64,000 bases of DNA from Lingula anatina. Its lineage: Eukaryota; Animalia; Brachiopoda. A model generated the notes under the pieces. The model was not told the DNA's origin. It saw only the letters and a list, made by a program, of their open reading frames with translations, and made no database searches. This document shows positions 39,801-51,784 of the stretch, piece by piece; the first letter of the stretch is position 1, and each line of letters starts with the position of its first letter. Made by a program: the position numbers and the translations under genes. The stretch lies in NCBI GenBank assembly GCA_051362555.1, contig CM120640.1, positions 53,670,788 to 53,734,787 on the forward strand. Direction: 5' to 3'.

Positions 39801-40382
39801 CACATTCTAAATTCAAAGTTTTTTTTATGAAAAGGAAGGGAAGGATAAGCCATAATATATGATAGAATAAGAAGAGAAAACAGTAGAATAAGAAAAGAAA
39901 ACAATAACATAAACAATTGCAAAAGGATCAATAATAAAACAAAAGCCATATACCAGGTTACTCTTTTCGGTCACCATGGGGAATGTTCTCGCTTCTAAAT
40001 CAATAAATATTTAAGCCTTCTGTCTAGCCCCAGTCCAACATAAACAGACCCAGGCTGCATAAAACATTTTTTGTTTGGAATCATTCACTGAATTATACAT
40101 GAACAGGTGGTTTGCAGAAAATGACAGTCGAATAAAGCACCCACAATACCTGATACATAAAAGGAAGAAAACACTGGAGCTTTGATCTTTTTGGCAGAAC
40201 TAAAATAATTTTGTTAGTGGTCTTTCTTTTTCAGTGTCTATTTATTTCTACAGATTTTATTATTGACCTTGACACGGAGTGGTAATGTATTGTGAACCAT
40301 TTTCTGCCACCGTTTGCGGTGAAGCGCTAATCATCATTATCATTTTAAATATAATATGCCATGGTGCACAGATATTATTGCT

Positions 40383-40385
<3 letters not shown>

Positions 40386-40460
<75 letters not shown>
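40386..40460. repeat. Compound (CT)n(CA)n microsatellite
   Basis: Adjacent perfect runs. Confidence 0.99.
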
Positions 40461-40462
<2 letters not shown>

Positions 40463-41859
40463 CCATGAAATGAGTTTTGAGAGACTGCAGAATTACTCCT
40501 AATTACTGTTCGTCTTTTCCCCATACCTGTAGCCGTGCGTCCTTTACTGATTTAATTAATGGCAGGGTGACGGAGCCCTCCTCTCGGCAGTTCTGTTGTA
40601 TTTGATCAAATACTCAAAGTTAATGTTATCCTTTTTGGTATCTTGTCACTCCCGGTTGAGATATTCTGTCTGTCGCACCAATTATTTCTCTCGGCGCGCA
40701 ACGTGGTCCCAAAGAAATAAAAGTCAAATGTACATGTATTTGAGGTTCCGTGAATATTTTCGTCTCATTTCAAGAAAAATGGTCTTCTTTAATGGTAACA
40801 GTGTATAATGCCACGGTTAAGTCTTCACAACAGCAACATCTGTTTACTTATTTAAAGGCACCTGCGCACTAGACAACTATCAACATTTTAAGTAGAGCAC
40901 AGCATGTTTTCCTCTGCACAGATCACTGCATGTAGCAGCAATCATATATCTGTTGAAAGGAGACTCGGAAATGGGCGAGGCTTTTTCTGAGTCAACGCAA
41001 CGTGTATCATACAATGACATCTAACAACTCGCAGACACATTTAAGCAGAAATCGCATGCATTTTGAATATACCACTAACAAATAGCTTTTATTTTGAGCA
41101 ACGCGCCATGGAGGTGATGGGTGTCTTTATCTTGTGGTAGCGTTTTTTTTTCTGAATAACGGGCCATTATTTATACTGAATAATTAACAATACTTTTGAA
41201 AGCATTTATAATCCGATATAATTGAAGTAGCTTACCCTATACAACGTGAACTGCAATTTGTTATTGGGAAATGTACATCATGCAATGTGTTTTGTTACGC
41301 TACTCCGAGAACCGTTGGGTTACACAGATTAAGACAAAGGCTTTTATTAAACTGTAAACCTTAACGTAAATATTTGTGATAAAACCAAGGCAATCCGTGT
41401 ATTCTTATTAAAGTGCTTTCCGTGCGCGCAGCAAAGCAGACTTAAAAAAGTAAAAGCAATTCGCATTCTTCGCGTGTATATTAGTATTAGTCACAACGCC
41501 AAATAAAAGACCATCGCGATGTTATGATATGATAAAACCGCAGTGTGTTATACATGTATTCTTAATGTTAGATGACTCAAACTAGTTGCACCCCGAGATT
41601 ACATGAGAAACTTTATCGTAATATTAATGAAGGGTGGATCGAGAGAACATTAGACTTGAAAGCGACAATGAACGCCTCCAAGTATCAGTTTCAGACACTA
41701 AACTCACACGAGACACTTGATATGAAATTCTTTCTTTTTCATAACTCTATTAGAATATACATATGGCATTAAAAACGAAAAGTTACTTTTATCTTTCCAT
41801 AATAGTCCCTCCCTCTGATGCAAAATCTATTAATTTTAAAGTAGGCCTAAAGGGATAAA

Positions 41860-41902
<43 letters not shown>

Positions 41903-42368
41903 GTGCTCTGCTGTCACTCGTGATCGTGACTACAGAACATTCGCTTATCCCTGCGTTACAGGAAGGAAGTCTGCAACGCTCAGCTGCCAGATCTTTGGAA
42001 ACGTCTTGGATGTTAGAGGAAAAAGAACCAAGATAAATGATCAATCGATATATAACGATTCCAAAACCTCCCCGAGGTAAAATTTCTTTCGCAAACCGAT
42101 CAGCAAGTTTTACAGTTTTACTGGTCCACAACTCTGAGAATAGACTCTTTAAATTTAGGTTGTACAACTCTAGCTAGAAACCTATCGTTTGCTGCATAAT
42201 GCAATTATTTTCATAACTGGTTTTTCTTTCAGTTTAAACATGACATTTTATCTGTTGGGTCTCCAAAGCTTTCTAATTGAAATATGCTGATCTTTTCGGA
42301 GAGCCACTGTCAATTCTGTACATGCGAGAAGACTGTATGCCGACTATTTAAATTATCGGGACAACTAT

Positions 42369-43193
42369 CAGGCCTAACCAACTACCAGACTCGGCACCTA
42401 CGGATCCAGAATAAACCGGTATATCAGACCACACTACCCGTTTTCAAGGTGTGTGTCAGATCGCATTACAGAGTATCAGCCACCACACCGATTTTGCCTG
42501 GTGCGCGATGTGATAGCGATGATCGTAGTAATAGATAGACCCCGAGTCAGCGAGGGTTATGTGGCATACACGAGTGCGAAGCACGAGAGGATGTCACATA
42601 ACCCTCGCTGACGAGGGATCTATCTTATTTAGACCACGGGTCCATTAGCGGGTTATAACGCATTCATGCGAGACGTGCGGTTAAGCGAGTTACACCACGT
42701 ATGAATCTTTTGTTCTTCACTTCCACCGTGGTCTAAAGCGGGGTTGGAAAGTAGTGCATCTCGTCTAGATTCATGCGCTGCTGCAATTTTCCCTGTTTAT
42801 GCAAACTTATATATTCATTTAGAAAAGTAGACCTAATTTTGATAGAGGAAGCAAATTCTGTCGGGGGTTAAATATTTTCTGGACGAGATTCAGTGAGTCG
42901 TCTGTCGCCATGTTGTCACTCGGAACTACTCCGATGTCTCCGCACTCGACAATAGTATGGAGCTTGCGGAATGAGCCGAGGATTGCCGATTTCCATGTTG
43001 TTGTATTCATACGACTCCTACTTGACGAAAACGAGGCGCGATACCCGGATGACAGGTAGGCTTACAAAATTTGTGATGGGGTACGATACTCTGTAATGCG
43101 ATCTGACACACACCTTGAAAACGGGTAGTGTGGTCTGATATACCGGTTTATTCTGGATCTGTAGGTGCCGAGTCTGGTAGTTGGGTAGGCCTG
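42369..43193. mobile_element. Young non-autonomous DNA transposon with TIRs over 100 bp and a 5-bp TSD (hAT-like CAGG ends)
   Basis: Near-perfect TIRs of about 108 bp begin CAGGCCTAACCAACTACCAGACTCGGCACC and end GGTGCCGAGTCTGGTAGTTGGGTAGGCCTG. ACTAT is duplicated at 42364-42368 and 43194-43198. Confidence 0.9.
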
Positions 43194-46100
43194 ACTATTA
43201 ATCTTAATGTTTTTGGCGTTCTCTTTTTTTTTTCAGAAAACATACCTTCTCATCCTCTGTCACAGGACCAGGAGAGAGAACCAACAACGCATCGGACTCC
43301 ATTGTTTCTCGGACTGTGAGTTCTACTCAAGCTCTGCCGTTATTTACTGAAGTGTCAAATAAAGTGTGGTTTTAAACTTCGTTTCACCTCTGGAAACGAA
43401 TTTCATTTAGATAAAATTCAATAAATTGATGATTTAAATGACAGACATACACTTTATATAAAATCTCTCACACAAAATGTGACATGGGGGAAGGCAAGCG
43501 AAAACACATGTAGGCCTATAGTTTCTGTGAAAGTGCACTTACAGCCATACTGACGAGTATTGCACACTTAATTCATTCACGCACAACAATACATGTCAAG
43601 ATGTGTCTACTTTACAGCAACAATCTTTACCCTTCACGTGCAATAATATTTATAAGTCTTTTTTATTTTTGTGTTTGTTTGTGTATATATGTGTTTGTTA
43701 CAGCTAAACTTAAAAACTTAACAATACGAAGCAGACTTTGCAGCCCTCGGTTTATCTTCTCGTCATGAGACGATAACAGCAAAGGATTCTTTTTTATGTA
43801 TTTTTATGCGAAATTAATGAAATCGAATTTCTCATCCCTTTGATTTTGTTTCAACTTATCCTTTCAGTACGTGCACAGTATAATTTATAGTATGAATCTG
43901 AGTGTAAATGATTCTTTTCACGGGAGAATCAATCACTTAATTGACTCCACCAGTAGTGGCTCGGAACTGATTTTTTTTATTCAAACCCCTCCGTGACGAA
44001 TTATTTCTACATGCAATAGGCGTAATCAAGTTAATTGGCGATCATTCTCCCATCGATCGCGTTCCTAATATCGTTCTTTTAATCTCCCGTTTTTGTGCGG
44101 TGGGGATATTTTTCTTACGATCAAACAAAGTGCCAGTTTTCGCACAATGACGTTAAACAAGGGTCAGAAGCCCGAAAATAAGCCAAAACGTAAATTATTC
44201 TAACTAATCATCCGTAAAGTTAAGTCTCAAATGAGGTGGTTATTTCTTAAGCTGTGGTATTACCTAAGTAATGAAGCTTTTTGCCGATTTTACCTTTCTA
44301 ATATGTCCTTCAAATTGTCCATATGGCCATAGTCACTCCTTAATCTGTAACACTGATCTTGAGTAAGGGTTCAAATGTCACTGGATGATATTGCTGGGAC
44401 CGTCTCTCATCTAAACAGGTGTCGCACTGGTGTCTTACATAACTTTGCACGTAGGGCTGCATTAATGCTTCCTTCTGTATATAGGCCTAACAATAATAAT
44501 AATAATAATAATAATAATATTAATAATAATCTAAAACTGTTTTTGGGGTGAAACGCCAGCATTCGCCCACGCTTAATTAGTATACAGTGATCTTTATATT
44601 ATGGTCACAACCCTACAAAACTGGATATACCAGTACATGTCCGGTATGTAACTGAGGTAATGTACTGCATTTACTTACTTGATGTACATGTAGTATGTGA
44701 ATAAATTGACACCACTGGTCTAGCTACTAGGCGTGATGCTATATATTAGTGTAACATTGAGTGCTCTGTGTGATTATACATAACAGCATTCACTCCGTTA
44801 AACAGACCACATATCCTGAATGCTCTTTGATCCATAAATTTCCAGAAGGCCCACATATCTCGTTCTTGAGATGAATGACAACTCACCAACTCGCCATCTC
44901 TGCTGTTTATCGTACTAACCTAAGTGTTCGCGACTGACCTGTTGCGACAATACAGCTGTTTCCTCATTTATTATGATGCACTGAAAACTGCACACAGGGT
45001 AATAAAGGCTTCAATATGCATACCCGAACACTTCACTAACGACCCACATAAAAACTATGCGTGCAGCTCCATGTATCGGTACATGAGACCGCTTCACCGC
45101 AGGCAGTGTGACCTGAAGATTTTTAAGGGTTCTATACCGAACACTGTGATTTTGTATTAGTAGGAAAATATCATCTCCTCTCCAACAAACAAATACGCGT
45201 TTGTTTTCGGGGCTGCTTTTAAACACCACATCAAATTGGGTCATTTCTCTCTAATGTCAGACATTTTGTGTAATACTTACCAGCCGAGTACTTACATAAT
45301 GTTTGCTATCAAATTAATTGGGGTACGATGGGTCCAAGATTACATTAATACGCGAAAAAAGAACCATACAAATGCAAGACTAGCTTTATTTCCTTTCTTT
45401 GTAACTTTTTCCACTTGATAAAATTTGATAAAATTAAAAAAACATCATCTGTAAACTAGTGAAACTTTGTCTAGGCTCCGCAGTTTACAGCGCGTCGTTA
45501 CTATACTGTACGTATGTGCATATTTATCATATTTAGATGACACGACGGTGAGGACTTGATACTTGCTGAGTATTCAGACACACAGTTTTGTATAATGTAT
45601 AGATGAAAGTTTTATTTCATTTTTTATTACTTTTGATTTCCTTCTATATTGGAGGGTACTGTAGTTTAAAACAGCAAAAATAACGCGGTAAGACAAAATA
45701 ACGCAAATATTGAACTGATACTCGTCACTGTCATGACTCAAATATTCGCTTTTTTTTTTTTTTTTTTTTTTGGAATGACCCAATCTATACAACCGTTGAA
45801 AGCTTTATGGAGGCCAGTTTTATGCCAGTTACAAAAAAGCGTCGTTGGTTGTCGCAGGTGTACACTGTACTATCCCTTTGTTACTTTTTTAAACCACGAC
45901 ACCAAGAACCTGTGGAAATAATGTTTCTGCACTCACACTTATCAACATTAATACTTGACAATGGAGAACGTGGGTATTCCATCTTAACCGTAGGAAACTC
46001 GGCCCTGTTGATTGATAGCACAAGCAAAAAATACATACACGTAAGATTGATACTAGTGCTCCAGGGAACTGCGCAGTCACCTCACGTTTGGCAATCGGGA

Positions 46101-49100
46101 AGTCAATATAGCAAACACAAACAAGATAGAAAGGTATAGGAACAAGGTATTTTAACCCAACGCCTCTCTCTTCTTTACTTTTACTTTACTGTGAGCAACA
46201 CAGGGTAAGGTGACCCAACGGCGGCGTCTCTATTTAACCCACTGTAGATGGCCTCGTTCCAGTGTGTAACGGCGTTCTACCGAATGATATACTTAAGAAT
46301 GTGTTTTCTATAGTGATAACAACATGCATTAAGAAACTAAAATCCAAATGTGTTTTATAGCTTTAGAATGCAAAATACAAATTGAATAAAAAAACAGTTT
46401 GATTAATGTAAAATTAAACTCAGTTATATATAGTAATTGATTATATAAGTCTAACAAAAAGTGATTAAAACATCCGTAGTTTCCAAGTTATTAAATTTCA
46501 TAAAAATGATGTCTTTAGTTCCTGAACAGTTTTTTCGCTCGAGCAACACGGGGCAACTTCGTTCTCGCCGTCACGATCACACAATTATGAACACGAGCAA
46601 ATGATTTATTCCGATTCTATTTTAAGTATTGGCAACCATAAATGTAAAATTATTGCAATTGACCACAGTGGTGATAAGGGCGGTGGTCGGCGTGGATGGG
46701 TTGGTTTTAATGAATGCAAAAAATAAAAATTATCCCATATTTATAAAATATGTGGGAGGTATTTGGTAGACAGGGGTTCTAAACCTGCTGCCCGGTCCCT
46801 GGCAGAGAACAGTTTTGCTTTAGGAACCTTTCACTTCCTCGTTATTAATGGCATCAGACAAGAAATTAAACGATAGCTTACCGGCTGCTGATAAAATCTT
46901 AGATTTTTAAACCATTGTACGAAAAGCATTTTCTTTCTTATCGTAAACCTATTTATTCCATGTAAATCTTTAAACTTAATGCTTTGATTGACTGCGTTTG
47001 AGAGGTGAGCGTTTAGATCACTAACACACGTAATTTCTCAGGTGACCATGACTGTTGTGCTGAATGTGATAGTTGTGCAGAGGGCCCGATATGGTTGTCT
47101 GGTATAAAAAATACCACTGAAGTGTTGGCTAGTTTGCAAATATTATAAAAAAAACTTATCAATTTAACCCAGAGTCAGCGTCTATTTATAGTATTTAACG
47201 AGTACACGTATCAGAATTAGTATCAGTTATTACCCCTTCAAATTCCACACTTAGATAAAACCAATCCATATGATGTTATGTGTTTAAAGACCAATTCTCT
47301 CTACTTGGAAGTCTAGAAAGTCTAGTGCGTTCCTTGTAAATTTACTTTGTGCATAAGTGTATAAGTACTCTTGTTGGCAGAGTAAGGAAACTCTCACTTA
47401 CAACTGTTACGTAAGTTACGTCGAATTGAAGCATAGGCCTACTTGTAAGTGCAAAACATTAAAATACCTAAACACAGAGCTGAAAAGAAGTATCTAACAA
47501 ACTGTATTTTCAAAATATTGGTTTAATCTAATTTTAAGTCTTATATAATCCAAAAATAAATCTCAGGTAAGATGACAGGTGTCTGGTTATGTTGTGGAAC
47601 GTTAACTTTGTTAGTGCTGAGTATAGTGAAAAGGTTGTGGAGGCAGCGGGTGGTGGTGGGTTTCTTTAAAAAATATATAGAACACGCACTCTGTGTCAAG
47701 ATATGCATTTGAAGTGTCATGAGGAAATGAAGAACGAAGCATAAATCGACTTACCCTTTTACGAGTACTTGGATGTAGTACCTGGGTAGGCCTACATGTA
47801 GTAGCTAAACGAAGCACCCATTATGAGTAACTTTCCTTATTCCTAGCAACGCCTCGAAACTGCACGATGGAGCATACTTCTAATCTTATGCGACATAAAG
47901 TTAACCTTCCCAGTGCATATTTCCTCCCGGGACCGATATTAGTCTGTATTATCCATGTTTTTTAACCTCTTTCGCTTCTTTTGTATTCATTACTCTTCCA
48001 GATTTGGATAGCTTTGTTTGACACCTTGGCCTCTGTTTATATTTTCCAAGGGTGTTTCTTTTAGGACCGTTCGGAAGCGCTGGTGTTTCTGACGCCCTGT
48101 ATGCGTCATCTGTTTCCATCTAACTGTAAGTTATTAGGTGTTCCAACGATCCGTGTCGTAGCTAAATGTATTAATTTACCGCAGGCTCATTTTCTATTTG
48201 AAGTAGGCCTATTACATCAAAGTGTATGCATGTTCCCAACAGGTGAACATACACCCAATACTACCAACAATACACATCCAATCAATTTCAAATTTTAAGA
48301 TATTACTTAGACTCGGCATCACAGGTTCTATTCCAACCCCAACTAAAACTTATTTTAAAAACATTTTGTGTTGGCTATTTTTGTTTATTATTTTAAAAAT
48401 GAGTGCGATTGCGTCTTTGATCGCTGTTTTAACGGTACAGTGGTTGGGTCTATCAATTTATTGTTGGAGGTGGCAGTCTTCTGGAGATTAACTCCTGCAA
48501 ATGTGGTCCTGAAATCGACCCTTGTACGCATTCTTCACATCTAGAATTGCACCCATTTCAAACAACAAAATATGTATCCTCTAAACACATTTTTCTATAA
48601 ATCTTTGCTTCAAAACCATTTTAGATTATGTTGGATATTGTAGCAGAATGACGTGGAAGCCATTGCCAGAGATTTTAAAACACAACAAAACTGGAGCACA
48701 AAAAGATAAAACCCCTAAACTCTCTTTTGTTAACATTTGCATCTTTCAGCTTCAATACTTGTGCAAAATGCTACCCCTTTTCAGCGTTTTTTTCCTCTCA
48801 TTACCAGTCCCGTCTCATCACCAGTCTCCGGGAACAGCTGTGATCTAATTGAAATGGATTCACTACGTTGTATGACACGCAATTTGGAAAAAAACTGTCT
48901 ACATAGGCATGTTTGTTCTGCCCTAAAACAACAAAGCAATTATGACTCACCTTGTTAAACGTACATTGTATCTCCTGCAGTAGTCATGTCAATATGTCTG
49001 TCATATTTATCCCAATAAACCACCCTGTAATAGCACCAATAGCATGAAAGGGTGATATGCTGTGAGGCACCAAGAGTCCTTTTAAAGAGATAAGGTCTAT

Positions 49101-49937
49101 GATAAACCCCCGCATTTAACTTCTGGCTCAATTGATCGCAAGAGGTACGTTTCGGTTTTGTATACGAATTTAAGACAGTTTCAAGATAATGTTCGGTTGG
49201 AATGTAACCCTTCGATTGGGATGCTTATGGATGTGTTTATATTGGCAATATCGACGTAGTTTTCCTACATAATCTAAGCTCCAACAATCTAAACACTTTA
49301 CTGGTATGTGCAGGTGGTGCACTGTCAACTTTTATATCAGCATACACGTTTTTTTGATGGATGTTGTTTGTAATTTAGTTTAGTTCCACACAAGCAAACC
49401 CCAATATATCTATTTAATTTACTAACATATCAAAATACCTATAAACTAGGGCAGAATATTAAGTTGAAATCAGCATCACCTTAAGTTTCAATGTGGTTAA
49501 GCGGTGGATGGCTTCGCCAGGTAATGTTTCTGGAAGATGTATTCCTTGCACACGTATTGAGTTACTAGATGTCCTGGAATAGCCCAGTGAAACGCATTCT
49601 GGTATCAAAAATTCAATCACAATGTAAAGGAGTATGGGGAATCATGGGACTGTGCTACTGTACATGTCGGTTCTACGCTAAAAGAGTATTATAAAAGCAC
49701 CCGAAAGAAATTACCTTCATTACGAAAAGACACCCATATTGGATGCTTCAGAAGAAGTTCTTGAGGGAGATGTGCTATACACAAATATCTCTGCATTGCC
49801 TTTGCCATCTAATTGCGTTAGAGAAGACACATGTTGAGCGACACTGGAACAATCCTTGTTCACCACAACCCTGCATTTTTGTCACCTATAGAAGTATCAA
49901 GGCAGAGATAGTACGAAACAACACTAAGTGTGTGTGA

Positions 49938-49940
<3 letters not shown>

Positions 49941-49974
<34 letters not shown>
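49941..49974. repeat. (AG)n microsatellite
   Basis: Perfect run. Confidence 0.97.
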
Positions 49975-49978
<4 letters not shown>

Positions 49979-51784
49979 AAATTAGTACGTACTGGTACTT
50001 TATTCGCAAGAATTGGTCAACGGTGGCATTATCAACAAGGGAGCCGACAAAATTGCCCAGTTACCAGGAACTAAACAAGTGTGCAAAGCAGGACATGAAT
50101 GTGTTGTCTTTTTGTCACATGGTGAATAAGCAAATTGATTTATTAATCAATTAACAAATTAATAAAAGATTATCCTGGAGAACCGGACGAGAATTGATAT
50201 TAAAAAATTAATTAGAACTTTCGTTTTTTCTTTGAAAAAAAATAGTAAAACCGAAACTGTAGAGGCCTACATATAATATTGAAACAGTATTGTCGGTGCA
50301 TGTGTATAGCACTATTAGTTAGAATATTTGTTCCTGCTATGTCATTTACACTGTACATGTATTTTATCAAATGATAAAATCGCTAGATCAATTTTAGATA
50401 TAAGGCCAGAAAACGGTCTTTGTTAAGAGAAAAGGCTACGAAGCTATATCAAAGGATGCCAGAAAACACATAATACATAAATCCTCTTATGGTCCTGTAT
50501 TGTAATGGAAATTTACGAATAGGTCTATATAGGCATTGATTCCTGCACAGATCAATCAAGAGCTTTCGTGTGTGTATATATATTCTCAATCTCAAAGAGA
50601 GCTTCCAATCCGGCTCATGGTGATTCAGAAATTTGGAGTAAATGTAGGCAGGAGGTTCAAAAGAACAGCACTTTTGGTCGGAAAATTTGATCTAGGTTCT
50701 AGCTCTGATGACTCTCAAGTCGGGCCAACTAAGGGGGTAAAAAGATCCACTTTTTCGGAAAAGAACCCCCTTTTAAATTGTATAATAATGCCAATGTTTT
50801 TGCCAAATAAAATGAGTCTGTACTGTCGCACGCACCGTTTTCTCCTTCTAGCTTATTCTGTCCGTATACCACATGTATGTTTAATTTATATAAACTAGGG
50901 ATAATGCATTGTTTAAATGTTTAGTATCTCTTGGTTGGGTTCACTGAGCTCATAGAAAGTAATGGAAAGGAATATAAATAGGAAAGAAAATGAGGCCATT
51001 GTACAATGTAGAATACATATTATTCAAAGAAATGACTCAATGGTGGGAATCACCAAGATATAAGGTTATACCATTTATTATTTTTTCCAAACAATGTAAA
51101 ATAAGTCAACAACACGAGCACATTACAATAAAGAGGATATTAAAAATAATTCATAGGTGTTTGCCATATCAAGGACGATGTTGATGTATATACAAGTACC
51201 TTGTTGATTAATACTTGTACAGGGTACATGAAGCACAAAGACCACTAGCAAACCACAGTTTCGCTTCTCACTTGTCAGAATTGTATACGTACTTTATATC
51301 GGTTTTCTGTCTGTGCTTTTTTTTTTCTTTTCATATTTGTTTGAGATGGAAGTTGAGTCACGAAGCCTAATTATCACTCTCCGGGAAAAGTAAATTGCTT
51401 CTATTGTTCATTTTTTGCAGTGTGAAATATAAGCGCTTATTAGTAGGTATATATTTATTCAATACCAGACCTGTATCATACACATACGGATACCAGGGCA
51501 GATCCTCATGACAAGAATGATCGACAGAAATGAAGTATTACAACATATAAAATCATAAATGTCATTTTGTATTTACAATAGATAACATTCATTCACTCAT
51601 CTAATATTTAGCAGAACGACTCAGAAGAACACGTTAAAACGCAATTATATATACACACACACAAATGGTTTGAAGCAGTCAATAATTATAATGCTTTACA
51701 ATAAACAATTTTCTTTTTAAGACTTTGTAAAGGGCTTAGATTGAAGTGAATTTGATGAAACTTTCTTCAAATGACATCAACGTT

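Noticed and set aside
50705-50730. CTGATGA hammerhead-like core
   Set aside because: There is no GAAA after the putative stem II and no stems I or III; the other CTGAnGA sites checked fail in the same way.
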